Source of the DNA: Camelus dromedarius
Lineage: Eukaryota
Assembly: GCF_036321535.1 (NCBI RefSeq)
Contig: NC_087437.1
Coordinates: 31,188,001 to 31,252,000 of the forward strand
Reading direction: 5' to 3'
DNA length: 64,000 nucleotides
Part shown: piece after piece, positions 25,417 to 38,799 of the stretch
Position numbering within the stretch: the first letter of the stretch is position 1
Layout of the letters: each line of letters begins with the position of its first letter
The notes under the pieces: model-generated
The model's database searches: none
What the model was told of the DNA's origin: nothing
The model's input: the letters and a program-made list of their open reading frames with translations, nothing else
Position numbers and translations under genes: made by a program

Positions 25417-26799
25417 GGCTTATTGTGAAACACCGAGAGAAGTGCATTAGAAACATTGCATGTGGCAACTCCATATTGGGTGCCTGTTATTATAGCCTGG
25501 GCAGAACTTGAATTTTCTTGGTTCCAGACAATCTTTCCATACTTTATAATAAGAGGAATTTGCATTTCTAGCCCAAGGCTGCCTTTTTCCTACCCCATGC
25601 TGCTTTTAGAACACACCAAAAGAGAATCATTACGGAAATGGCTTTGTATTAGGTGTTACAGAGAAACAAAATTCTCATGACTTTTACAGCATTTCAGACA
25701 TTTAGAGTGCTTTCTTTTGAATTCCTTTTCTTATGCACGACTACTACTTCTTAGAGCCAAGGAACATCACATAGAACAATTGCCAAGAATGGGAACAATT
25801 TATTTTGCATTTTTTAACTTTTGCTCTCAATTCCTCAGGATTACACATATGTTTTATGAAAATGCATGAGAGATTGGATGTGTTTTCAGGGTGAGATCAG
25901 AAATGTGAGTCAGAATTAATAGAAAAATAGAAACAACAATCTACATTCTGCTGTGTCAGCATCTTTTTGAGCTGAATGGATAGACAAGTATTTTCATTGA
26001 AATAATCCAAGTTCATCGTGTCCTTGGCAACAGTTTGGCTCTCTCCTGCCTTTGATGGGCCAAGCAGTATTTTCTAAATTGGTCTATATTGCAATGCACT
26101 TTAATTAGGAAGCATGATAGATAAGTACAAAGTGATTTCATTAAGACCTTGTTCTATAATTTCCATCCATCTCCAAGAAAGTGTTGCCCATATGTTTCCC
26201 ATGAATCAGTGACATTTTAATGATTCTTATGAACAGGTTTTTCAGAGGATGCCTTTTTTTTATTCATGGAGTCATGCGTTCAGTAGATATTATTGAACAC
26301 CTACCCTGTGCCAAAGATGAGAACATGACACCATGCACTCACCTGACTGATGGAGTTCTCAGGTTCAGAACTGGTACCAGTGGGAGCCACCTTTGTTTCC
26401 TGGGGCTTTGGTAGCTTTGGGACTTTCTCCCAGACCCTCCCAGTAATGCTATTTTGCAATAGATTTTCATCCTAATATCAGTCATTCATTCAAGCGGCAT
26501 TTATTGGGCCAGCCTCTCCGCCATGCTCAAGGGGTAGAAAGGCAAGCACAGTCCTTGCCCTAGTCCTAGGAATCCCTAAGACCCTCCTGGAATCCTGCCC
26601 TTGAGAGGATGGGCCCCGAGATCTTGTTTTCACACTGAGTCCACAGCAACCACACTCCGGCTTTCTTCAAACTCTTCCATCTCTTCATTTCTCCCCTCCC
26701 TTCCCTCCTCCAGGCAAGGGCTGATGAGGGTGCAATTCCTAAAATTGTGGTCCCGAGCTTCATTTGCTGGGTGTGCCCAACAGACCAAGGAACAACAAC

Positions 26800-27030
26800 G
26801 TTCATCTACTGAGGAGTTATGGGCTAGGTGTGATGTGAAGCACTTTTACACGTATCGTCTTATGTCTTAGGTCTCCCAAAAACCACACGAGGTAGAGACT
26901 ACTATTACTCCTGTCATACAAGTGAGGAAACTGATGATCAGAGTCACAATTCTGATATTTCTTAGGCAGAGAAGTAGAAAATCTGTTTTGTCTGACTCAA
27001 AAGCCCAAGCTGTTAAACTTTGCAGTGCAG
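26800..27030 (-). mobile_element. MIR SINE remnant
   Basis: gaggtagagactactattactcctgtcatacaagtgaggaaactga. Confidence 0.7.
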
Positions 27031-27409
27031 CCAGCATTCCTTTCTAGCAAGTTATGGGTCTAGTTCTAGTTAGTGTCCCTTCTCATTTATAAACTACAAT
27101 ATCCATGCCACTATTTTTCATTATTATATTTTATCAAGACACATGTGTCCCTTACAAGTTCCTTTCAAAATAAATGTGACTCATAGACCTGGAAAGAAAA
27201 ATAGATACTATTATTTAATGCATTTCAAAAAGACTTAGAAATTATGTAAAGAAAATAATTTTTCTTACTTCCCTTTGAATACTTGTTCCACATTAAAAAT
27301 AATAAGTTTTATATATTAACAAATGCAAATTTTATCTTAAAAAATAACAATGTTTCTACATTGAGAAAATATAAAGTTTCCACATAACATGAAAGTCCGT
27401 GTCACAGGT

Positions 27410-27555
27410 CTTTGGCTGCTTCCACGTTTTTCTCTGTGTCTTCGGGTTTTAGCAGTTTGACTATAATGCACTTACGGATGGTTTTCTTTGTATTTATCTT
27501 GCCTGGAGTTTGCTGACCTTCTTGAAACCGTATATTAGTTTCTTCACCAAATTAA
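27410..27555 (-). mobile_element. Old L1M fragment
   Basis: tttagcagtttgactataatg..ttttctttgtatttatcttgc..tgaccttcttgaa; homologous to 29595-29720. Confidence 0.65.
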
Positions 27556-28484
27556 AATTCCAATACCAACTACTAAAGTCGGTAAGCACTGAGCAGAGCC
27601 TGAATTTTAGTAATAATTTGGCCTAATTAGGTTTTTTAATTGCTTTTGGGCCCCCTTGCTTTGCCTCAGGTGAGGTGGGTTGACTATTAGGATATTCATG
27701 ATGTAATGGACCATGAATGACAGCCGTCTCATGGACTCCGCGGAAAATAACCGTAGAACAGCCAGCTCTCTCCTGAACAGGGGCCAGGTGGCTCTAGGAG
27801 CCTCAGCAGCAAGGGTCAGTGCCTCAGCCACCAGTGGTGGGTGCCTCTCCACCCGTCACATTCAGCTCTCTGCCTGTCTGCTCCCTTCTCCTACAGCTCT
27901 GACTTGCTTGCTCATTTCTTCCTTCCTCTGTTTTTTCATCTACCTCCATTGAATCTACTTATTCATTACGTGTAACTCATAACTCTCTTTGCCATGCCAT
28001 TTCCATATAGCTTTTCATACTACTTGCTAACAACCTCATCTTCTCAGTATCTCCTAGGTACAGTTTCTGTAAGAGAGCATCAGGAAAGTCCAGCTCATGA
28101 CCATTATCTCTGTTCAGGCAGACTCCTTGACACCACGTGTCAGAACACTGGCAAGCGTATAGACATCTCGATACCTGCAGGGAGGTAGCCACCCGTTCTA
28201 GCTCCACAGCTCTCGGTGCACAAGGGTGGGAAGAGCGGGGAATGGGATTCTCATAATGTTGAAAACATGGCTTCCTCAGTGGTTCTACAGCAAGGTCAGG
28301 AGTGGGATGTTACCCAGTAAGAGGAACTAGAGGCATGACTGACACTATGATGGGCGTGTCTAGTTTATTCTTAGCCCTTATTTCTATATGCGAAATTCCA
28401 AAGTTGTCCCCAGAACACTGCCATGGACAGTCGTGCAGGTTGGGCCTTCTAGTTGGTGGCCTTCAGTGTAGGTGTTTCTAACAG

Positions 28485-31190
28485 ATTTTTTTTTTTTTTT
28501 TGGTCTAGTTGTTCCATCTGTTGCTGAAAGTGGAATTCTCTCTCTAATTTTCAATTGTTGTTTTATATATTTTGGAGTTCTATTATTATAATATATACAT
28601 TTATGATTGTTATTCTGATTAACCTTTATCATTAGAAAATGTGTCACTTTATTTCTGATAATACTCTTTGTCTTAAAGTTTATTTTATCTGATATTAGTA
28701 TATATTAATATAGCCATCCCAGCATTCTTCTTCTTATTGTTGGTGTGGTATAACTTTATCCATCTATTTACTTTTAATTTACCTTTATACATAAAGTATA
28801 TTGCTTGAAGGGAGCATATATTTGTGTCTTACCTTTTTTTTTTTAATCCATTCTAACAACCTCTGCCTTTTAGTTGGAGTGTTTAGTATATTAACATTTA
28901 ATGTAATTGTTGATAATGTTGGGTTTAGGTTTGGATTGTGTTTCCTGCTTGTAAGCTCTGTTGTTTTTGAACTTTTGATATCTTTAACTCTCTTATTTGG
29001 GCATTTTAAAACTTCATTTTTTTTTTAAATTTCGTTTTCGTTTACCTGTTGTCTTTTTCGCTACACCACCCTGCATTATTTTTCAAGCCTCTGCTCTAGG
29101 GAGTATTCTATGCACTCTTAAATATTTACAGTCTACTTCAAGTTAGTATTTTAACACCATATTTAGAATATACAGACTTTACAAACATATAGATAATTTA
29201 TAGCTACCACAGTTCCTTCAGATTACATACTTTTTCAACTCTCAAGACAGGGTTGTAATTTTTATAGAGTCAAATGTACTTTAAAGAAATTAAGACAGAA
29301 AATCATCTTTTATATTTACCCACATATATTATTTTCAACACCCTTCCTTCCTAAAGATTTTCTATCTGGTATCATTTTCTTTCTACCTTAGGAACCTCCT
29401 TTAGCATTTCTTATACTAAAGATCTGGTGATTCATTTTCTTAGTTTTCTTTTCTCTACATATAGAATTCTGGGTTGAAATTTTTCCCCAGTAGTTTGAAG
29501 ACGTTGTTCTGATTTCTGGCTTTCACTGTTTCTACTGAGAGATGAGTTGATTGGAATCATTGTTACTCTGTCAATAATGGTTTGGTTGCATTCAAGTTTT
29601 TTCTGTATCTTTAGTTTTTAGTCATTTGACTGTAATATGCCTAGAGATGATTTTCTTTGTATTTATTCTGCTTAGGCTTTGGTGACCTTCTTGAATAATA
29701 AATTAACATCTCCATCAAATTTGGGAAATTTTCAGTCATTACTTTTTTAAGTATATTTTCTCATATTCAATTACATATATGTTAGACTTTTGAATATTAT
29801 CTCCCAAGTTCTTGAGGGTCTGATCATTTCTTAAAATCTCTTTTTCTCTTTTATTTTAATTGGGTAATTTCTATTCATCTAGCTCCAAGTTTATCGAGTT
29901 TTTCCTCTTACTTCCATTCTGATTGATGGTAAGCCCATCTAGTAATTGTTTTCTCATACATTGTATTATTTAATTCTGAAATTTGCATTTTAAAAAACAT
30001 AGCTTCTATTTATTGTCTGAAATAACCTTTTATTTCATCAAAAGGATATTTTCTTTTCCATCCTTGAGCAGAGTTACAATTACTACTTTGAAACTTTTGT
30101 CTGCTAATTCCAGCATCTAGGTTATCTTAGGGTCATTCTCTATTGGTTGTTTTCTATCTTGAGAACAGGCCAAATTTTCTTGTTTCTTAGTATGTTAAAT
30201 AATTTTGGATTATATTCTGGACATTGTAAATGTGTTGTACAGGCTCTGAATGCTGTTAGATTTCTCCAAAGAGTTTTTGTTGTTATTATCGCAGGTAATT
30301 AACTTGATTGAATTCAGAGTGCAAACTCTGTTCTTGGGCAGCTGCTGCAATCTCACTTCTGAAATTTTAGTCTCTCCTGGGCCATTTGGAGTCCACCTTG
30401 CAAATCAGGTCAACCAGACATTTGCGCAGAATTAATACACAGAATTTATAATTCCTTCCTCTGACTCTCTGATTTCTGTGATTCTTCCTTCACTTTCTAG
30501 TGGCCATAGTTGTCCCAAACTCTGCCCTCTGATTGTCTAAGCCAGAAATAGTGCAGGCTTCCTATCAGAGTCTTAGCTACTCCACATGACATAGACTCAG
30601 ACCTGCTATCAAGGCAGAAGTCATGAAAATGGGAAATCCATCCAGCACCATTCCCTTCTTTCAAGTGTCAGCTCCTCTCCCCCAAGGTCTGGGATTTGAT
30701 TTTACCCTATGTATATAAGCCGATAAATAAGCCTGTACCTATTTCATGGGTCAGAAACAAGGGTATAGCAAGCATCATGAGTATCAACACGCTGGCATTG
30801 AGCTCCCTGGCTCCCAAGTCCCGCATGAATGGCTCCATAGGCCCAGGCGGAAGCCTGCACCCACAGTGGGTGGCATTACAGGCGAGGAATACTGAGCTTG
30901 GGGAATCTACCTCTTCTGCTTTAACCAATTAACACCCCCACCCGTTGTCTCTCAGGAGACTTTATGTTATCCTTCTGGGCCTGACCTCCTGGACACCCCC
31001 AGAAAGAACATGCAGGGACGCTCTAGGTTTATGGCAGGTGGTTTCCCCCAACATCCTCTAGAATGTGTACCTTCTTTTGGTTGGTCTTTGGTGCCTTCAA
31101 GTATTGGTGTTTTTAAAAATATTTTGCCCAGAGTTTATTGTTGTCCTCAGGAGGCTCATGCTGATAGGAGCTGATTTGGGCATTACAGGG
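28485..31190 (-). mobile_element. Old L1M 5' portion (5'UTR/ORF1/start of ORF2), degraded, antisense
   Basis: T-rich strand; ctttgtcttaaagtttattttatctgatattagtat (endonuclease region), aaatttgggaaattttcagtcatt, tattttgcccagagtttattgttgt. Confidence 0.75.
30679..31053 (-). mobile_element. ERVL solo LTR, LTR40-like, inserted in the L1M
   Basis: Reverse strand begins TGTTGGGGGAA and contains TTCCCCAAGCTCAG..CCTGTAATGCCACCCACTG..TAGGGTAAAATC; flanked by tcctct at 30673-78 and 31054-59. Confidence 0.75.
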
Positions 31191-31859
31191 AGTGGATTCG
31201 GTGGCTTTGCCATTGTAAACCACATTGCGAACAGCTCAGGAAGAGCCCCACCAAGCACTGACCGGTGGCTCGGAGAACATACCGCCTTGCGTGGGTGCGT
31301 GGGACAGCACCCTCGCTTACAGTGGGTGGTCCCGTCCAGACATCATGAAGTTAGTCATGTGTGAAGAATCAGCTAGAAGACAAGGCCCTGAGGTCCACAG
31401 GCATAGCCTTTCTGCCCCTCTTCTTTCATAATGCAGTGAACCTGCAGACCTGAGACACTCATCCTGGATTTCGGTTTAATAAACTGAGTTGCTAAAGGAA
31501 GGGAAATGTCAGGCAATTAACATCTCATAAATTGTATTAACAGAAAAGCTCTGGGCCTGATAAATAGGGTTTTCTGTTGACTCAAGCCTATATAACAGAA
31601 GTGTCGGCCCCTCAAGGAAATCCCAGACCAGAATGAAAAGACAGCTGGATCTGCCTTATCTGCTGACACCAGGAGATGGGGACTTGCTGTCATGGTGGGG
31701 CTGCTCACGGGGCAATCCTCCCTGAGGGCAGAAACTTGAGCAGGAAGATTTGCTGACCAAGAGGCTCTTTCTAGGGCAGACAAAGTGAAGAAAAGAAGCT
31801 GCGGCCTTTTGGAGCCATTGGTCATACCACATTCCCCACCATCTGCAAGCACCCAACTT

Positions 31860-32495
31860 TACACTGCACCCCCTTCCATGGCAGCTAGAGTAACCTTTAA
31901 AAAAAACAAATCACATCATGTCACAAGGCTGCTCAAATCTCCAATGACTTTCCAACACACTGAGAATAAAATTCAAAATTCTGCTCTGACTCGGCAACAT
32001 CTGGCCTCTGGCAACTTCTCCAACCTCAGTTCTTATCACCGTTTCCTCATTCAGCATCAGATCAGTGATGGAGTCTCAGCGGTCCTCAGACACTCCCAGC
32101 ATACTCCTGCATTTGGGCTTTTGCACGTGCTCTTTCGTCTACTTGGAATGCTGTGTCTCAGCAGTCAGCGTGGTTGCCTTCCTCACTTCAATCAGTTCTG
32201 TGCTCAAATATTACCTCCTCCTTGTGGTCTTGTCTGGGCACCCCATCTAAAATGGTGATTGCTCTCATCCTCTTTCCCTTTACATCATTTATTTTTCTAC
32301 ACAGCAGGTATCACTGCCTGATATAATATTGTATATTTACTGAATTATTTGTTTTTCTGTCCTCCCCACTAGAATGAATATGAGACCCTTGGAGGCAGGA
32401 TGTTGCCAACTCTGTTGCTAGATGCATTCCCAACACCTGGAATAGTGCCTTACGTGCAGTGGGTACCCAAGAAGGATTTGTAGAATAAATGAGTG
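31860..32495 (+). mobile_element. L2 LINE 3' fragment
   Basis: ccccactagaatg..ccttggaggcagg..cccaacacctggaatagtgc..gaataaatga is a typical L2 3' end. Confidence 0.85.
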
Positions 32496-33729
32496 ACTCA
32501 AGCTTATTCGCACCAAGAGTAGAAAGAACATTATAATGTTGCAGCTCAGACCCCATGATCTGGAAAGCAGCTAAGAAACAGTTGACAAGAACGCTGCCTT
32601 CTGAACCTCACCATGCCTAAAGAAGATGTCACTCCTTTCAAAGTTTACTCGCCTACTTATGCAAATAAAAGAATCTGATGAAGGCAAACATAAGAGCAGT
32701 AATAAAATAGTGTGTTTCTATGGTAGGGATTAGCCCACTCATGTTCAAGATTTGAAGGACAGCTGATTTGTGTTCATATCAGATGTTTTATTTCCTTCTC
32801 AGTAGAATACTTACAATTCACCTAAATTGGTCCTAAGTGGTCAGGAAAGCATGGTGAGGACGCATGATCCAAATGCCTTGCCTTTGCGTAGATATGACTG
32901 ATTGAGAACTCGGATTGAAAAGCATTTTCTACTCAGTAAGGTATTTTTTTTAAAAGATGATTCTCTCGTAATGAGATAAATCAAGATGCACTGATTCCTA
33001 TATGCTAATAATATTGGCATTGTACCTTGAGAAATATGGTTTGCAAGCAAGATTTAACAAAGCAGATTCACCATTAATTTATTAAGCATATATTATCTAT
33101 ATGTATATATGTGTGTACACACATACGCATAAACATATAAATATATAGGTGTGAGTCTACATGTATGTAGTGTGTACTGTGTCAGAGACTGTGTTACTGA
33201 TACAGATGTGGTACTGTGGGCTAGACCCTGGGGTTACATAGGTAGATCATGGCCTCACCATCAAGCAAGTATTTGGTCTAGTGTGAGAACTGGAAATGTA
33301 CACAAAGAATTGAAAATCTGGGCCATATGAGACCTAACAGAGAAATATTTGAGGGGTAGAGAATTGCCACAGGGAAGAGAGTAGTCAACACAATCTTGAA
33401 ATTGGGAGAGATGGAGAAGATAAAGATGAAAAAGGTTTTGGGGAAGTGATTAGGATAAGCAAGGAGGCAAGCCTCCCAGTAACTGGCTCTCCTCATTTGC
33501 ACTTACCTCTCTTGATTCTCTGCCACAGACTTGACGGTTCCCTTTGGCACCCACCTGGCATCCGGGCTTCCCCATGTGTGCATGACCCTCGTCTTTGCCT
33601 GTTACTGTCTCCTGTGCTCTCACGCTATCTAGTTCCTCCAGGCCATGGGATTCTGTTGCCGCCCCTACTCACCACCTCCAAATTCTGGCCCAATAGTACA
33701 CATCCCTTCCCATCAACTCTCTCCCATAC

Positions 33730-34000
33730 CTCAGAGCAGAGGTGAAATTTTAGATGAGGACAAGCTGGACCAAGAAACAAAGGTACAAAAAAGCATGTGG
33801 AGGGAGTTGCATGTGGTTTGGGATGGGCCAGCAGGTAAGAAACGAGAACAGTGGGAAATGAGACTGGATAGTTGAAGTAGGTCGTCAGGGTATGGCATGC
33901 CCGGAAAGGAGTCTGAGCTTTGTTCTGGAGACAGTGGAGAGCTAGGGGATGCTTTTGAGGGAGAACTATAACACTTGGAGGTTGGATGGAGGGAAGCTGC
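33730..34000 (-). mobile_element. L2 fragment
   Basis: gggaaatgagactgga..aaggagtctgagctttgttctggagacagtggagagc. Confidence 0.55.
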
Positions 34001-34199
34001 TTTTTTCTAGAACAAACTCTAATGAGACAGATACTCCTTACAGATGCTGATTTTCTATTTAACATAACCCAAATCCACTAGATTTCCCAACTGTCCAGTC
34101 TCATTCCTGGCATATACTACTATTATGGTTAAGTCTTCAAGGATTTATGAATTTCATGCCCCTTTGTTATTTAACTGGGTCACCTCTCTTCTGTAATTA

Positions 34200-34450
34200 T
34201 GACACTATTATATTAAATAGAATTGCAAGATGTAATTGAATTGAGTTTCATCAAGTTAGTCTCGGCCGATTGTTGCAGCCAGTCTGTCCTTCCTAGCTGT
34301 AAGCCAACTACAAATTTCATAATCACATCTTCTGTTCTCAGCAAAATCATCAACAGAGTTGTTGAACAGAATGCAGTACAGTACAAAACTGTGTTGCACA
34401 GCATTAAGGATTTCCTCCCAGGGAGAAATTGATCTGTAATTCAGTAAGCT
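34200..34450 (-). mobile_element. CR1/L3 LINE reverse-transcriptase fossil
   Basis: Frames VLYCILFNNSVDDF and IMKFVVGLQLG..DWLQQSAETNLMKLN resemble CR1 RT motifs VLGPVLFNIFINDL, KFADDTKLGG and L..WA..N.MKFN. Confidence 0.6.
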
Positions 34451-34964
34451 TCGAGTGAGTTGTGCAGGCAGCTGCAAGGCCACTTGATCCACAGTCCATG
34501 TGGTGAAAACCTCTGTGGAGTGAACCAGCACTCACAGCATGGTCTTCTGTGGCCCCTGAGCCTTTTCTGATGGTCCTTCAGGGCTTGTGGTACAAACCTC
34601 AGCTCACTCACTCCTCTTCCCAGGACACACAGCAGGTGTCCTTAAAGCTCACTGGTCTTCCAGGCTTTGTAGCAAAAGACCTGGCATTCCCGCTTCTAGG
34701 TCCCTCTTTGGGGCTCCTGTTTCAGAGTGCACCTCTTATCTTTTATTAAAGCTGTTTTTAAAGAAAAGGGCAAGGAGACGGAACTCACCCCTCATCATGA
34801 ATATGGCCGTCACCTCACCCAGGAAGACGTTCTTGCAAGCATGGGTGGGGCTCTGGCCCCAGGGCACCTCTGGGATGGGCTCCTTGACCTGGGCCAACAC
34901 TCGGGCACTGGAAACCGATTCCTAGAAGCCTCGAAGTGATTGACTTGGCTTTGCAAACAAGTAT

Positions 34965-35063
34965 TATTTTTTTTTAACTTTTTTTTATTGAGTTATGGTT
35001 ATTTTACAATGTTGTGTCAAATTCCAGTGTAGAGCACAATTTTTCAGTTATGCATGAACATAC
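34965..35063 (-). mobile_element. Very short young L1 3' stub
   Basis: ttttacaatgttgtgtcaaattccagtgtagagcacaatttttcagttat is nearly identical to 20555-20605. Confidence 0.9.
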
Positions 35064-36109
35064 AATTACTTTTAAATCAATTATTAAAACCATCCTGAGA
35101 TTCTTTTCTGAACACTTAACTCCATTTGTCCCGAAGACGTTCTAAAAATGGACAGCATGTTCCTGCATAGATGTGGTATTCAGAGGCAACTAGAAAAGAG
35201 TCAAACTGAGGAAAGGGAAGAAACAGTAAGCTCTCGTGCGGATCAGCGGTTCCCAACCACCGGACAGGGGTCCTGCAACAAACAGTTCAGAAAGATGATT
35301 TCAACAGTATATGCAGAATGAAAAAAAATTAGAACAATGAAGGTTTTTTTTTTTTTAACTAAGCATTCAGTGTAAAAGAATACCCCTATATCCCTTCTTA
35401 AAATAATTTGAAAAATATTTTTACTTGTCAATACATACCTAATTTTAACATAAATGATAGGATATACATGATTTTTGAAGTAAAATTTATTTCCTTTCAC
35501 TTTTTTGTGGTCTTAAAAGGCTTTTTTAAATTCAGAAAAGGCAAATGTTGGTGAGCATTTTGTCTGCACGTTTGTTCATGTCCTAGCATGGCAAAATAGA
35601 AGTTAGCCACCTTATGTCCATCCTCCAGATTCTTTTGGAATGTTTGCTTGTAGTTGAAATCCAGGCATTTGGAAACCCCTAGCACTGATGAATTAACTGT
35701 ACACCAAGTTTTGGCAGCAGGAGATCAAGTCTTCCCCAACAGTCTTGTGTTCTGAGACCCTCGAGGATAAGCCAGACAACCAGTAACAGAGGGGGCGGGG
35801 GGCGGTGTACAACTACAGAGACATCAGCAGGGATCCGGAAGTTCTCCCAGTCCTGTCAAAATGTGTCTGGGCTCAGAGGTCCAAGAGTGGATGCAACAGG
35901 ACTTCCCTGAAGCCTTCATCTATTGCCACATGCAAATGTGTATTCTAATTCGGCCTAATCTTGATCAGTTACATCTCTTGACAAACTTTATCCAAAATAA
36001 TAAGCCATGAATAGTATATGAGTTTTTAAATTAAACTGAGTTGGTTTTTTAAAAAAGGTTATCCCTGCTTGGATTCTTAATTAGAGATTGTGGACCTGCA
36101 TTTATTTGA

Positions 36110-36340
36110 ATGGTGTAATTTAAATTATGAAATGCTAATGAAACTTTACATGAATAAAAAGGTCAGGCCTAAGTCATTTGATTGCCAGGTTTTTCTTGCT
36201 TTCACACAGGATCCCACTCCTTCACCAAAGCGTTTTCACCAAGTTTAGTCATGCAATTTCTTTTCGTAAAGTGAATTCTTTATATGACGACCCTTCAAGC
36301 CCCTCATTTGTACTGTGTTTACCCGTATACCTGTGCGTTT
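36110..36340 (-). mobile_element. Possible Tigger/CENP-B-like transposase fossil
   Basis: Reverse frame KEFTLRKEIA*LNLVK..KARKTWQSNDLGLTFLF loosely resembles Tigger N-terminal HTH motifs. Confidence 0.25.
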
Positions 36341-37009
36341 CATTTACTTGCAACTGGTTTGTAATGGGAGAGTGCGTCCCCTGGTGTGCGGGTTTGTTCC
36401 AGCCAGTATCTGTCATGGTCCATTGCTGCACAAGCGCAGCTTTTCCTGTCCTGGTATCTGCAGTGAAGTATGTCTCCACCTGCCAGATGGCACCAAGGCC
36501 TCCACACTCAGTAAACTCCTACCCTCCCTGGAAATGCAGTGATTTCCATCCAGGGCTCCGACCACGGTCAGAACAAGACCATGGTCAAACCAAGAGGCCT
36601 GATTTTTCTTTCTGAAAAGATGGCTATTGTAATACATACCCATTTGATAAAAGTTTAAATTATTAATGAAATTGTGTTTGCTCGTTAAGAAAACTGCTTT
36701 ATCCTTAGGCTAAAGAAAATGACAACACAGAACTGCCTATGATGTGTGACTTCCTCTGGGGAGACCAGTTTTACCCTGAATGATGAATTGTTCATTTCTA
36801 AGTTTTGGTAGGAAGCCTAACTGTAAAATAGTTCCATTTTCCTTGGTCCCTTAGCCTTTGTGGGGTTGGCCTTACCAGTGTGAAGCCTCCAGGAGCCCTG
36901 AAGCCGGCTGGAGACAATGGGAACTGACTTCCATCTGGTTGGCTAGTGTTCCTGCACCCCTCTCCCTCTTGTACATCATGACTCACTCCCTTTGCCCTTC
37001 TTTATTGCC

Positions 37010-38050
37010 CCCCTCCTTTTATTTTGGAAGAGGAAATAAATGCACATGGTGAAAAGAGTTTCAAACAATAAAAAAGGGTAGAGAGTGATAAGTAAATGTC
37101 CCTCCCTTATCTGTCCTTAGTTCCTCCACATTAGACTGTGACCTATTTTCCATGCATTTTAATAGTTTATGAATATACAAGTATACACACACACATACTT
37201 TTTTTTCTTAAAAATGATGATATATGATACACATTGTTCTTCATCTTACTTTTTTCCTTTAAAAATATATCTTCGAAATCAGGGGCCATCAGTGTGTATC
37301 TTCCTCGTTCATTTTAGTAGAATATTCTTTGTGTAGCTATATTATAATTGACTTAGGAGGGTTCCTATCAATGAATATTTAAATTGCACCTAGTTCTTTT
37401 CTGCACACAAACACAGTTGCTGCCCTGAACAGCATCATACATGCATTTTTATGTACAGGTCTAACTGTACTCATAGGAGACATTTCTAGGTATAAAATTG
37501 CACGGTCAAATGGAAAGTCCATTTAAAATTTCCATGCATATTGCCCGACCACTCTGTAGTAAGATTGCTTCATAATATACTCCTACTGATGATTTTTTAG
37601 ACTGTTTCCCATACCAGAGTAACGAATAATAATGTCAAAGTTTTTGATCTTTGCTAATGTGATAGGTAAACAGTGACATGGCAATGAAGTTTTCATTTTC
37701 ATCTTTCCACATACTTAAAATTCACTTGTGTTTCTTTTTTTCTCTCAACTTTCTGTGAAAGTGTTCATTTTTCAATTGGATTTTTGGTCTTTTCATATTG
37801 ATGTGCTAGAGATCTTTGTATTTATTAAGAAAGTTATCTTTTTATATACCAGATAGATTTTTCCAGAAATGTTTAGTTTTTATGTAGTCAAATATACCAG
37901 GCTTTGGAGTTTGTGTCCTGCTTTGAAAGTTGTTCTAGATCTTTTTTTTTTTTTTTCTTAAGGTCACAAATTTTTTTCAAAACTTTCTAGGTTTCTTTTT
38001 TTCCATTTAAGTCCTTGATTTCTCTGAAATTTATTTTGGTGTAGCGAGTA
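37010..38050 (-). mobile_element. Old L1ME/L1MC 3' region, degraded
   Basis: tttctaggtataaaattgc..ggtcaaatgg..catttaaaattt, tttttgatctttgctaat..gataggtaaa, ttttatgtagtcaaat. Confidence 0.75.
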
Positions 38051-38289
38051 TGTTCCTCTCTTTATTTTAGAAGAAATGAACATCCCCAACTGTGGCAGCA
38101 CACAGTCAGGGAAACAGAGACACAGAGCCCAGTGGACTAGTCACACCGTCCATAAGTAGCCTTTGCTGACCTGCTGGTTCACCTCCCAGCTTCTGAGCTC
38201 TTTGACAAACAAATGCCGTGTTGATAGAATGACACTGTGGGCTCCTGATCACCAAGGCCAGTGGAAGAGGTTTCTCCGTCCTTTGGCTC

Positions 38290-38525
38290 TTGCTTGCAGC
38301 ACGGGTTCAGAGGCACACAGACCTGGGAACAAAGCTTTGCTTTCCCCTTGTGAGCTGTGAAGCTTCGGACAAGTTGTTTTATCTGAGCCTCAGTTTCTGC
38401 ACCTGTGGAAGTAAGGACACTGGTTCTTACACACCTTAGCCATTGTAAGGGTTAAGAGAGGAATGATGTAGGGTGGTGCCTGGCACCACGCCCTGCCTCT
38501 AAGGGCTGCCCAATACACATTAGTT
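38290..38525 (+). mobile_element. MIR SINE
   Basis: cagacctggg..gagctgtga..ggacaagtt..tctgagcctcagtttctgcacctgt. Confidence 0.75.
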
Positions 38526-38799
38526 GAAGCTTTTACTTTTCCTTAGGAATTTTTCCACTCAACTTTGTCTTTTTTCTCTCATATGAATAGAAGTCGAGCC
38601 TAGTCAGAAATCACGGTCCCCAGCTTCTCATTTTGGCCTCCTTTACATCTCAACCCCTGCACACACCCTTTTCTGGGACTTGGGACCATCCCCACTACAC
38701 CCATCAGAACTCATTGTGGACCACGTGGCCTTTATTGTGAACGTTTAAGCCTGAACCCAGAATTCCACGTGGATTCCCTCGTCTTCCAGACTCTCAGTG

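Noticed and set aside
27410..29720. Apparent duplication of 27420-27555 and 29595-29720
   Set aside because: Too diverged; explained as two fragments of the same old L1M region
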